A program made the position numbers and the translations under genes. From positions 12,663 to 76,662 of the forward strand of contig CAVXDC010000030.1 of assembly GCA_963760365.1 (NCBI GenBank): a stretch of 64,000 nucleotides of DNA, given 5' to 3'. Below the pieces are notes generated by a model that was not told where the DNA came from, did no database searches, and worked only from the letters and a program-made list of their open reading frames with translations. The DNA is from an uncultured Phycisphaerae bacterium. GTDB taxonomy: Bacteria; Planctomycetota; Phycisphaerae; SM23-33. Shown here in pieces: positions 39,319 through 50,104 of the stretch; within the stretch, counting starts at the first letter, position 1, and the number at the start of each line of letters is the position of its first letter.

Positions 39319-40311
39319 ATGCACAATATGGCCAGCGAGTTTGAACTCAAAAAGCTGATCTGCGACATCGGCCGGCGGATGTACGACAAGGGTTTCGTGG
39401 CCGCCAACGACGGGAACATCTCTTGCCGCGTCGGCAAGGGCCGGTTCCTGTGCACGCCGACGTTGATGTCCAAGGGGTTCCTGCGGCCGGCCGACATCGC
39501 CGTGGTGGACGACAAGGGCAGGCAGCTGGAAGGCCCGCTGGCCCGCACCAGCGAGATCCTGCTGCACCTGGAGATCTACCACGAGCTGAGCGAGATCAAC
39601 GCCGTCTGCCACGCCCACCCGCCCTACGCGACGGCGTTCGCCGTGGCCGGCATCGACGTGCCCTCCAACATCCTGCCGGAGGTGGAAATCTTCATCGGCC
39701 AGGTGCCCATCGCCGAGTACGAGACCCCCGGCGGGGAGGGCGTCGCCAAGACGCTCCTGCCGCACCTCCGCCGCAAGGCCAACACCATCCTGCTGGCCAA
39801 CCACGGGGCGGTCGCCTGCGACAAGACGCTGGAGCAGGCCTTCTTCCACTTAGATACGCTGGATATGTACTGCCGCATCCTGCTGCTGAGCAAGGAGGTG
39901 GGCAACATTCGCCAGCTCCCCCCGGAAAAGGTGCGGGAATTGCTGGCCATCAAGAAGAGCCTGGGCATCGCCGATCCGCGCATGGACGGCCAGGAGGTGG
40001 CCGCCCTGGCTGGCAGCGATGAGTTCCTGCGGGGCTTTTCGACGCGAGCGATCCCCCAGCACACCGCCGACGCCAACGGCCACGGCCGAGGGCAGGGCAT
40101 CGCCGGCCAGCCTTCCCAGGCCGGCCAGGCCCAACCGCTGCCGGCGGGGCGACAGCTCTTTCCTGCGATGGTGGATGGTCGGGTCCTGCCCGGCCCTGAC
40201 GGCATGGGTGCCAGCAGCGAGACCGCCCGCCGCCGCAGCCTGGAAGACCAGACCGAGCGACTAGTCCAGATCATCACCGACCGCATCGTCCAGATCGGTA
40301 GCGGTAGCTAG
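39319..40311 (+). CDS. class II aldolase (fuculose/rhamnulose-1-phosphate aldolase-like) with C-terminal encapsulation-peptide-like helix
   Basis: ANDGNISCRV, SEILLHLEIYHE, AVCHAHPPYATAF and LLANHGAVACD are the metal-binding His pattern of class II aldolase/adducin. A ~100-aa low-complexity linker follows, ending LEDQTERLVQIITDRIVQIGSGS*. Confidence 0.88.
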   Translation: MHNMASEFELKKLICDIGRRMYDKGFVAANDGNISCRVGKGRFLCTPTLMSKGFLRPADIAVVDDKGRQLEGPLARTSEILLHLEIYHELSEINAVCHAHPPYATAFAVAGIDVPSNILPEVEIFIGQVPIAEYETPGGEGVAKTLLPHLRRKANTILLANHGAVACDKTLEQAFFHLDTLDMYCRILLLSKEVGNIRQLPPEKVRELLAIKKSLGIADPRMDGQEVAALAGSDEFLRGFSTRAIPQHTADANGHGRGQGIAGQPSQAGQAQPLPAGRQLFPAMVDGRVLPGPDGMGASSETARRRSLEDQTERLVQIITDRIVQIGSGS

Positions 40312-41395
40312 GACGGTTCTTGGGGCGGGGGCGGGATTGACGGCGGGGGTTCCAGGCCCCGGGCGGTGCGGAGCGTCTCGATCTTGTCCAGCGGCTTTTG
40401 CAGGGCATTGCTCCGCAGGCCGCGGAGGGTCTCGAACTGCTTGGCGGTGGAGTCAATCCGCTGGCCGAGCTTGTCCAGCTCCTCGTTGTACCTTTGCCAC
40501 TGTCGGTAGAACTCGCCCAGCAGCGTGGCCACCTCATCGGCGGTCTTTAGGACGTTGGCGTTCTCGGCCGCCTGGCGGATGACCGACAGCATCGCATACA
40601 GCGTCAGGGGGCTGGCCAGCACTACCTGCTTGGATAAGGCTTCATCGATCAGGTCGGCCTGGGCCTCCAGGACCAGCGAGAAGATCTGCTCACTGGGCAG
40701 AAAGACGATGACGTAGTTGACCGTCGGCACGGCCGGGTCGATGTAGCCCCGCTTGGCGACGGCCTGGACGTGCCCGCGGACGGCAGCGACCAACTGCTCC
40801 AGATGCTCGGCCCGCTGGGCGTCGCTGTCGGCATCCAGGTAGGCCTTGTATCGCTCCAGGGGGAACTTGACGTCCATGTTCAATTTCAGCTCGTTGGGCA
40901 GCAGGAAGGTGAAGTCGGGCCGGCCGGCCTCGGCGTCGTCGGACGACTGCCGTACGTAGTTGACACCCTCCTGCATGCCGACCAGGCGCAGCACGTCCTG
41001 GGCCATTCGCTCGCCCCAGGCCCCGCGGCGCTGCGTGCTGGCCAGCATCCGATGGAGTTCCCCCGTCGTCGCCGCCAGCGACGACACCGAGCTGCTGAGC
41101 TGGCCGAAGTCCTGGCGGCGGGTGGACTCGACCTGCTGGAGGAAGCTGCGGACCTGCTCCAGGCGCCCGGAGACGTCCTGGAGGGTCTGGTCGATCAGCG
41201 CCTTGCGCCCGTCCAGGAGGGCGGCAGCCGATTCGCTTAGCCGGCGGCTGTTGGCGTCCAGCGCCTCGGCCGCGATCAAGGCGAACATCTGGCGCATCTG
41301 CGCCTCGGCCGCCCGGCGCGGAGGTGCGCCACCACCAGGGCGATCGCCGCTCCCAACACGGCGCCCAGGGCAAACCCCACGACGAAGTAAATCAT
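40308..41395 (-). CDS. rmuC: DNA recombination protein RmuC (one frameshift near 41310)
   Basis: The N-terminal TM helix MIYFVVGFALGAVLGAAIALVV follows GGGAGGTGGAGC. Then comes a coiled-coil and the RmuC nuclease-like core, RPDFTFLLPNELKLNMDVKFPLERY..VIVFLPSEQIF. Its TAG stop shares the palindromic CTAG with the convergent aldolase stop. Confidence 0.8.
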
Positions 41396-41529
41396 GCTCC
41401 ACCTCCCTTACCAGGGGCATTGTACGCCCGCGTCCGCCGGGAGGAAAAGTCGGAACCTCCGCGGGTAAGCATCTCCCTGCGGACGCGGGAAAGATTTCCT
41501 TCGATACGAGAGGAGCCGCCGAAAGAGTC

Positions 41530-43207
<1,678 letters not shown>

Positions 43208-43246
43208 GTAGGCACTCCGGAAGCTCTCTGTGGGCGAAAACGAGTT

Positions 43247-43274
43247 ATTATAGGCGCCCAAAAACGCAAGTCAA
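43247..43274 (-). promoter_or_regulatory. near-consensus sigma70 promoter for rpoD inside the dnaG-rpoD spacer
   Basis: On the minus strand: TTGACT (43274-43269), 16-nt spacer, TATAAT (43252-43247), about 40 nt upstream of the rpoD ATG. Confidence 0.5.
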
Positions 43275-43323
43275 CCTCGCACCTTGACCTATCTCTTTTG
43301 TCCTTCCTTTCTCGCGGTGGGCG

Positions 43324-45129
43324 TTAGCGGATCTTGGGATGCCTCCGGACGTCGGGCCGGCGGAGATGGTCGCTGAGGGCCTGGAGCGACTCGTCGCTAA
43401 GTCCCTCTGTTTTCAGTTGTTGTAGCTGCCGGCGGCCGCGGCGGTAAATCAAGTCTTCCACCGCACCCTCCAGGGTCTTTTCGTAGTTGCCCCGCCGTTC
43501 TCCCAGGCCTGCCAACGCCACCAGCAGCGGAGCGTGGGGGGACAGCTCCGGCTGGGTGAGCAATTCGTCGATCCTCACAGCGCCCCGCTGGGCCGCCGCC
43601 CAGACGGCCTGGGCGATCTGCCGCAGCACCGGGTCGAAAAAGTCCTCGGGTGTAATCTTCTCAGACGCCTGGCTGAACAGGTCGGGACGGTTCAATAGCA
43701 CCTCCAGGACTTCGCGCTGGGCGTCGCTGCCGATGCCTTTCTCCATGCTGTTCGGCTCCATGCCCGCCGGCTCCATGGCCGGCGATCGCGGGGCGCGTGG
43801 GATGGTGCGGGCTAGGCGGCGCATCTGCTGCTGGAGGTCGGTGGCGGGGACGTTGAGCAGGTGGGCGATGTGCTGGGCTAGTTGGCCGCGGCGGACTTCG
43901 TCGATCGCCCCATACGCGGCCGAGGTAGCCACCAGGCGCAGAAAATCCTCCACGGCCCGGCGGCGGCTGGCCAGGTTGTCCCCGGCCGAGCGGGCCTGTT
44001 CGGAGCGACGCAGCCAGACGTAGTGCAGGGCGTCGGGGGCGTTTTTGATCAGGTCGGCGAAGGCCTCCCCGCCGGCGCTGAGGCAGTAATCGCAGGGGTC
44101 CTTGCCCTGGGGGATGGCGGCCACGCGGACGTGCACCTGCTGGGCGAGGAAGATCTCCAGCGCCCGCTCCGCCGCGGCCACCCCGGCCGTGTCGGCGTCG
44201 AAGACCAGCACCACGTCCGTCGCGTAGCGCGACAGCAGCCGGACGTGCCGGTCGGTCAAGGCCGTGCCCAGCGTGGCCACGACGTTGCCCACCCCGCATT
44301 GCAGCGGCATCAGCGCGTCCAGGTATCCCTCGACGACCGCGGCCGTGCCACCGGCGACGATGGCCTCGCGCGACCAGTTCAACGCGTAGAGCTGGCCGGA
44401 CTTGTCGAATAGCGCCGTGTCGGGGCTATTGAGGTACTTGGCCGGCTCCTCGGCCGACAGCGTTCGGCCGCCGAAGGCGATCACCTCTCCGGCCGGGTTG
44501 AAGATGGGGAACATCAGGCGGTTTCGGAACCGGTCATAACAACCGGGTCGATCCTCCGGGCGGACGGCCAGTCCGGCGGCGACGAGCTGGGCCTCCTGGT
44601 AACCGTCGGCCATCGTGGCCCGCAGCAGGGCGTCCCAACTGTCGGGGGCAAAGCCCAACCCGAAGCGCTCGATGGACCGCTCGCTCAGCCCGCGCTGAAG
44701 GGCATAGTTCAGGGCCCCACCGCCCGTGGGGGAGCGGAGCTGGGAGCGGTAGAACCGCGCGGCGTAGGTCATCAGACCGACCAGGTCCTCCTTGCTCAGC
44801 CCCGCGCCGGTCTCGGCGACGGTTTTTTGCAAAAAGTCCTGCGGCACGGGGATCCGCGCCCGCTCGGCCAGCGTCCGGACGGCCTGGGGGAAGGTGAGCT
44901 TGTCGTAGAGCATCAGGAACTGGAACACTCCGCCGCCGGCGCCACAGGCGAAGCATTTGAAGATCTGTTTGGACGGTGAGACGTTCAGCGAGGGCCTTTT
45001 GTCGTCGTGGAAGGGGCACAGGCCGACGAACTCCTTGCCGCGCTTCTTGAGGGCGATGTATTGGCCGATGAGGTCCACGATGTCCGTGGCCTGGGCGACC
45101 TGATTGACGAAGTGTTCCGGGAACCTCAA
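43324..45129 (-). CDS. dnaG: DNA primase
   Basis: Intact 601 aa. The zinc finger is CPFHDDKRPSLNVSPSKQIFKCFACGAGG. The TOPRIM region is VVEGYLDAL.. and LVFDADTAG. Confidence 0.93.
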   Translation of the reverse strand: MRFPEHFVNQVAQATDIVDLIGQYIALKKRGKEFVGLCPFHDDKRPSLNVSPSKQIFKCFACGAGGGVFQFLMLYDKLTFPQAVRTLAERARIPVPQDFLQKTVAETGAGLSKEDLVGLMTYAARFYRSQLRSPTGGGALNYALQRGLSERSIERFGLGFAPDSWDALLRATMADGYQEAQLVAAGLAVRPEDRPGCYDRFRNRLMFPIFNPAGEVIAFGGRTLSAEEPAKYLNSPDTALFDKSGQLYALNWSREAIVAGGTAAVVEGYLDALMPLQCGVGNVVATLGTALTDRHVRLLSRYATDVVLVFDADTAGVAAAERALEIFLAQQVHVRVAAIPQGKDPCDYCLSAGGEAFADLIKNAPDALHYVWLRRSEQARSAGDNLASRRRAVEDFLRLVATSAAYGAIDEVRRGQLAQHIAHLLNVPATDLQQQMRRLARTIPRAPRSPAMEPAGMEPNSMEKGIGSDAQREVLEVLLNRPDLFSQASEKITPEDFFDPVLRQIAQAVWAAAQRGAVRIDELLTQPELSPHAPLLVALAGLGERRGNYEKTLEGAVEDLIYRRGRRQLQQLKTEGLSDESLQALSDHLRRPDVRRHPKIR

Positions 45130-45194
45130 GGAAGCTCTCCACGGGAATTGTAACAGCCGGCGACACCCTCGCCCAGCGAATCAGCGGGGCCGGG

Positions 45195-45653
45195 TCAGTG
45201 CGTTCCTTTGACGTGGCCGCCCCGGTCCATGGCCCGGTTGACCAGTTCATCCGCCCGCTGGTTTTCCTCCCGCCGGACATGGCGGAACGTGCAGGCGGCG
45301 AACCGTGCGGCCAGGCGGCAGGCCCGCTCGTGCAAGGGCTTTAGGCCGGGGTTCCTGACGCGATAATCACCATTCATCTGGCGGACCAAAAGCTCGCTGT
45401 CGCTGAGGACTTCTACCTCCGCCGCCCCCAGCGCCGCCGCTCGCTCCAATCCAGCCAGCAGTCCGCGGTACTCGGCCACGTTATTGGTCGCTCGCCCGAC
45501 GTACAGGCCCGCCTCGTGCAGCACCGTTCCGTCGGGCGCGAGGATGACCACCCCTGCGGCGGCCGGGCCAGGGTTGCCGCGGCTGCCACCGTCAATCTGG
45601 ACGATGACGCGGAGCGGCGCCTGGGCGGGTTGTCGGGCCGGGCGTGGCGTCAC
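45195..45653 (-). CDS. rnhA: ribonuclease HI-family protein
   Basis: Intact 152 aa: IDGGSRGNPGPAAAGVVI, TNNVAEYRGLLAGL, SDSELLVRQMNG and ENQRADELVN (DEDD catalytic pattern). Confidence 0.8.
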   Translation of the reverse strand: MTPRPARQPAQAPLRVIVQIDGGSRGNPGPAAAGVVILAPDGTVLHEAGLYVGRATNNVAEYRGLLAGLERAAALGAAEVEVLSDSELLVRQMNGDYRVRNPGLKPLHERACRLAARFAACTFRHVRREENQRADELVNRAMDRGGHVKGTH

Positions 45654-46402
45654 GGGGTAGCGGACCCTTCGGTCTGGGGTTCCAGGTACAGGATCCGCCC
45701 GCAGTTGTCGCAGGTGCGGATCTCGTCCCGCGTGCGGAGCGCGTTGACGTGCTCGGTCGTCAGGCTCATGTTACAGCCGCCGCAGATGTACTCCAGGGGC
45801 GGCTTGCTTCCCTGGATCTCGATGGCGGCCATCGCGTGGCCGTCGTAGTTGTGGGCGATCCGGTCGAAGATCGCCAAGGCCGGGGACGGCACCTGCCCGG
45901 CCGCCTCGGAGCGCTTCGCGCGAAGCTCCTCCAACATGGCCGTCAGGCGGGTGACCTCCTCGGCATTGGTCCGCTGGATCTCGACCAAGCGGGCCTTCGC
46001 GGCCTCGACCTGCTTGGCCGCTTCGTCGGCCTGGGCCTTGACGACGTCGGCGTCCTGGAGGACCCTCAGCGCCTCTTCCTCCATCTTAGCGTTGTCGGCC
46101 TTGAGGGTGTTAATCTGCGTCAGGACGGCGGCGTATTCCTTGTTGGTCTTGGCGGAGTTGAGAGCCGTGCGGAACTTGGCGACCTGCTCTTCCCGGGCTT
46201 TAAGGTCCAACGCCAGGCGGTCTCCATCCTTGCGGCGGGTGAGGTACTTTTCATGGAGGGCTGCATGGGCGGCGATGAGCTGGTCGAGCTTAGCCTGCTG
46301 AGCGAGGACCGCGTTCTTCCGGCTGCGGAGGCGACCCCGGACGGTGGATAACTCCCTTTCGACGGCTTGCAGATGAAGCAAAGCCTCGAGCATCTTTGCC
46401 AT
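45650..46402 (-). CDS. coiled-coil protein with C-terminal C4 zinc ribbon (COG1579-like)
   Basis: A long heptad-rich region (LQAVERELSTVRGRLRS..), then CGGCNMSL...CDNCGRILY. There is a 4-bp overlap with rnhA. The start is taken at ATG 46402 (MAKMLEAL); the ORF is open to 46471. Confidence 0.65.
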   Translation of the reverse strand: MAKMLEALLHLQAVERELSTVRGRLRSRKNAVLAQQAKLDQLIAAHAALHEKYLTRRKDGDRLALDLKAREEQVAKFRTALNSAKTNKEYAAVLTQINTLKADNAKMEEEALRVLQDADVVKAQADEAAKQVEAAKARLVEIQRTNAEEVTRLTAMLEELRAKRSEAAGQVPSPALAIFDRIAHNYDGHAMAAIEIQGSKPPLEYICGGCNMSLTTEHVNALRTRDEIRTCDNCGRILYLEPQTEGSATP

Positions 46403-46557
46403 GCGATTGCCCTCTTCACTTTTGAAAGTACCCAGGGGGAGCATTATCCAGCCCACAGGTGCGTGCTTCAAGGCTTTTTGAACCTTGAATTATTGGTGCA
46501 TCCGGTGACGGCCTTGCGAGCCGAGCCGGAGCGGCGATATCATGCCATTTTGGTTGC

Positions 46558-47811
46558 TTGCGGAGACGGTGCGTGGACACAGTGCGTCTAGCGATGGTGG
46601 GGTTCACAGGCTACGGCTGGTCCTTGGCGCAGCAGATCGCCAAGGCCTCCGCGGCCTGCGGCTGCCGCCTGGTGGCCGCGGCGGATAACCGCATGGATCG
46701 GGCGCCCGACCGCGTCGAAAAGCTGCGGGCCGCGGGCGTCGAGCTGTACGACGACGCCCTGGCGATGTATCGAGCCTTGGCCGGCCGGTGCGAGGCGGTC
46801 TACGTCGCTACGGGCATTTCCTCCCACGAGCCGCTCACCTGCGCCGCATTTGAGGCGGGCTTTCCGGTGCACCTGGAAAAGCCCCCCGCGGCCACGGTCC
46901 AGGAAGTCGATCGCATGGTGGAGGCGATGCGCCGAGCGGGGCAGTATTGCCTGGTGGGGTTCCAGGCCGTGCACGGTGAGGACATCCGCCTCGTCAAGCA
47001 GCGCGTGGTCGAGGGTCGGCTGGGCAAAGTGCAGACGTTGGTCTGCCGGGCGAGCTGGCCGCGGGGGCAGGCCTATTACGACCGCTCGGACTGGTCGGGC
47101 AGGCTTCGGCTGGGCGATCGCTGGGTGCTGGATGGCCCGGCCACCAACGCCTTGGCCCATCAAGTCACGAACATGCTGCTGCTGGCCTGCGACCGGCCCC
47201 ATCGCCTGGCCCGCCCGTCGGCTGTGCGGGCGGAACTGTACGCCGCCGCCCCCATCACCGGCCACGACACCGCCGCTATCGAGATGGTCACTGCCGAAAA
47301 TCAAACCGCCATCCTGCTGGTCAGCCACTGCGGCCTGGCCCAGGCCGGGCCGTTCATAGAGCTTCAGGCCGAGCGGGGCAAGGTGTTCTGGGATCAGAAG
47401 AAGGGCGCGGAGATTACCTACGCTGACGGCCAAAAGGAGTTTTGCCCCGCCCCGGCCGACAGCGGGCGGGGAGAGATGATCGCCAACTTCGTCCAGGCCG
47501 TGCACCGCAAAGACGGCAGTGACCTACGCTGCCCGCTGGAAGAGTCGTGGGCAGAGACGGTGGCGATGGACGGCGCACACGAGAGCAGCCAGGTCATCCA
47601 TCACATCGCCCCCGCCTATTGTCGTACCGTTCGGGAAGACAAGGGTGGGCCGCGGGTCGTGGTCGAGGGACTGGATGAGCTGCTGGTCCAAGCCGCCCGC
47701 CGGCGGTGCCTGCTCAGCGACCTGCCCGACGCCCCCCCCTGGGCCGTGGCCACCAAGCCTTTCGACCTGAGCGGGTACAAGAGTTTCCCCCAGCAATTCC
47801 GCGGCCGGTAG
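46558..47811 (+). CDS. Gfo/Idh/MocA-family oxidoreductase
   Basis: Intact. The N-terminal Rossmann region is RLAMVGFTGYGWSLAQ..LVAAAD, then HLEKPPA (family EKP motif) and a C-terminal alpha/beta domain. The substrate is unknown. Confidence 0.6.
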   Translation: MRRRCVDTVRLAMVGFTGYGWSLAQQIAKASAACGCRLVAAADNRMDRAPDRVEKLRAAGVELYDDALAMYRALAGRCEAVYVATGISSHEPLTCAAFEAGFPVHLEKPPAATVQEVDRMVEAMRRAGQYCLVGFQAVHGEDIRLVKQRVVEGRLGKVQTLVCRASWPRGQAYYDRSDWSGRLRLGDRWVLDGPATNALAHQVTNMLLLACDRPHRLARPSAVRAELYAAAPITGHDTAAIEMVTAENQTAILLVSHCGLAQAGPFIELQAERGKVFWDQKKGAEITYADGQKEFCPAPADSGRGEMIANFVQAVHRKDGSDLRCPLEESWAETVAMDGAHESSQVIHHIAPAYCRTVREDKGGPRVVVEGLDELLVQAARRRCLLSDLPDAPPWAVATKPFDLSGYKSFPQQFRGR

Positions 47812-47824
47812 GTTCTTTCCAACC

Positions 47825-49241
47825 ATGTTCGCGTTGGATGACACCATCGTGGCCATTTCTTCAGCGGCCGGTTCCGCCGCCCGGGCTATCGTCCGCCTGA
47901 GCGGGCCGGCGGCGATGGAGCTGGCCGCAGCGGTCTTTGCCCCCGCCGACCGCCTGAAACAATCTCTTCCCTTCCGCCGCCTGGAGGGATTGGTCACCGT
48001 CGAGGGCCCCGGCCTCTGTGTGCCGGCGGTGGCGTATGTCTTTCGCCCCCCGAAGCTTCACAAGGCAGGACGTGGTGGAGCTGCACGTTCCCGGCAGCGC
48101 GCACGTCGCGTCGGTCGTGCTTGCGGCGCTGACGGCGGCCGGGGCCCGCCAGGCCGGGGCGGGTGAGTTCACGGCCCGGGCCTTCTTCTCCGGCCGGATC
48201 GACTTGTCCGCGGCCCAGGCCGTGGCCGACGTGGTCAACGCCGCCGACGACGCGCAACGGCGCGCCGCCGTCACCGCCTTGGGCGGGCGCGTGCACCGCC
48301 TGTGCCAACAGGCCGCCGGCAGGCTGACCGAGGCGCTGGCCGAGGTCGAGGCGTCCGTCAACTTTGCGGATGAGGAAATCACGCTCCAAAGGCCTGCCGA
48401 GCTGGCCGGCCAATTGCGAGAACTGGCCAGCCACCTGCGCGGGGTGGCGGAGCAGGCGGGGGAGATGAGCGAATCCGCCGAGTTGCCGCGCGTGACCCTG
48501 GTTGGCAGATACAACGTGGGCAAAAGTTCTTTGCTGAACGCCCTGGGCGGCGCCGACCGGGCGATCGTCTCCGCCTTGGCGGGCACGACGCGGGACGTAC
48601 TGAGCGCAGCGATGTCCCTGACCGGCGGCGGGACGGTCCTGCTCCAGGATGCCGCGGGCTTCGGGCGGAGCGAAGACCGCTTGGCGGAGGCAGCCGGTGG
48701 GGCGGCCCGGTCGGCTATTGCAGCCTCGGACGCGATCGTGTTCGTCGTGGACGTCTCCTCGGAAAACTTTACGGAGGACGCGCGGTTGCTGGAGGAGGTG
48801 CGCTCCCTCAACCGTTGCGGCCCGCTGATCTTTGCAGCCAATAAGGCCGACTTGCCGGATTCCTCCACCCTGGCGGCCAGGTTGAAGGACTTCGAGGCTT
48901 TCTGCGGGGCCGAGCAGGTGTTTCTAGCCGTCTCGGCCCTGGTGGGCATCAACCTGGAGGCGCTCCGCCGGGCGATCGCCGATCACGTGCACCTGGAGGC
49001 CACGCGAAGCGGAGGGGCCTTGGGTCTGCACCGCCGCCAAAAGCAGAGCCTGCTGGCGGCGGCGGATTCGGCCCAAGCTGCCGCGGTGTTGCTGGCCGAG
49101 GCCGGCGATTTGGCTGACCGGGCGGAACTGGTGGCTGTGGAGCTTCGGGGGGCGCTGGAGGCCGTCGGGCAAGTCAGCGGGCAGGTGGTCAGCGAGAACG
49201 TCTTGGCCAACATCTTCGCCCGTTTCTGCGTGGGCAAATAG
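47825..49241 (+). CDS. mnmE: tRNA modification GTPase MnmE (one frameshift near 48050)
   Basis: DTIVAISSAAGSAARAIVRLSG, then SFTRQDVVELHVPGS, GEFTARAFFSGRIDLSAAQAVADV, the G-domain GRYNVGKSSLLNAL..AGTTRD, and the C-terminal FCVGK*. Confidence 0.88.
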
Positions 49242-49360
49242 CCGAACCACGCTCGGCCGCGGCCGGAGCCTATCTTCTCTTTGCTTGCCCTAAGGAGAGG
49301 CGAGATGAGAAAGGTGCTATACTCCCGTCCTTGCAGCAGGGACATATCTGGAGCGGACCG

Positions 49361-50104
49361 ATGAGTCAGCAGCGGTGGGTGATGTTGGTTGCCGTCGTCC
49401 TGGCTGTGGTGGGTGCGGTGAGTGTGGTCCTGCGTGCGTTGGGAGTGATTGGCCCCTACAGCGATGGGAGCCACCTGCCGGCCCAGGCGCAGCAGACGCT
49501 GGCGTATTTATTGATCCTGCCGGTCGGGGCGCTGCTGACGGCCGTCGTGCGGACGATGGTGGGCTTCCAGACCTTCGGCACGCTCACCCCCAGCTTGCTT
49601 GCGGCCAGTTACCTCTACTGCGACCGGACGACAGGAGCGGTGGTGTTCGTCCTGGTGATGGTGGTGGGGCTGGGCAGCAGGGCGCTGTTGGGTCGGATTC
49701 GACTCCAGATGGGCCCGCGGCTGGGCGTCATGCTGACCATCCTGGTGGCGTGCCTGGCCGCGGCGATGGTCGGGATGCATCGGCTGGGCCTTCAGCCCAC
49801 CCCGGCCGGGGCGATGATGCCCCTGGTTGTGCTGACCATGATCCTGGAACGCTTCTACGTGTCGATCGAGGAAAACGGACTGGCCGTCTCGCTGAGGTTG
49901 CTGCTAGCGACGCTGGTGGTGTCGGCGGCCTGCTGGATGCTGTTGGCCTGGCCGGCGTTGGGCCGATTGGCGCTGGCCTATCCGGAAGGCGAACTGATTG
50001 TCGCAGCCGGGTTGCTGGGGGTCGGGCGATACTCCGGCTATCGGTTGACGGAGCTGTGGCGGTTTCGCGACCTGGCCGCCGGCCGGCAGGAGCCGCGGCG
50101 ATGA
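49361..50104 (+). CDS. polytopic membrane protein, 7TM domain of the type usually fused to an inactive transglutaminase
   Basis: Intact about 247 aa with 6-7 hydrophobic spans. It is translationally coupled (ATGA overlap) to a RimK-related ATP-grasp gene, a gene pairing I recall for this family. The domain assignment is by context and composition, not alignment. Confidence 0.5.
   Translation: MSQQRWVMLVAVVLAVVGAVSVVLRALGVIGPYSDGSHLPAQAQQTLAYLLILPVGALLTAVVRTMVGFQTFGTLTPSLLAASYLYCDRTTGAVVFVLVMVVGLGSRALLGRIRLQMGPRLGVMLTILVACLAAAMVGMHRLGLQPTPAGAMMPLVVLTMILERFYVSIEENGLAVSLRLLLATLVVSAACWMLLAWPALGRLALAYPEGELIVAAGLLGVGRYSGYRLTELWRFRDLAAGRQEPRR

Noticed and set aside
40308-40311. The shared CTAG providing the stop codons of both the aldolase (+) and rmuC (-) genes, considered as a regulatory overlap.
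   Set aside because: Convergent 4-bp stop-stop overlaps on a palindromic CTAG occur by chance in compact genomes. Nothing else suggests functional coupling.
41427-41489. 11-bp inverted repeat CCCGCGTCCGC ... GCGGACGCGGG downstream of the rpoD stop, considered as an intrinsic terminator.
   Set aside because: The loop is about 40 nt and there is no U-tract on the transcribed (minus) strand. It may still form a structure, but it does not fit the intrinsic-terminator model well enough to annotate.
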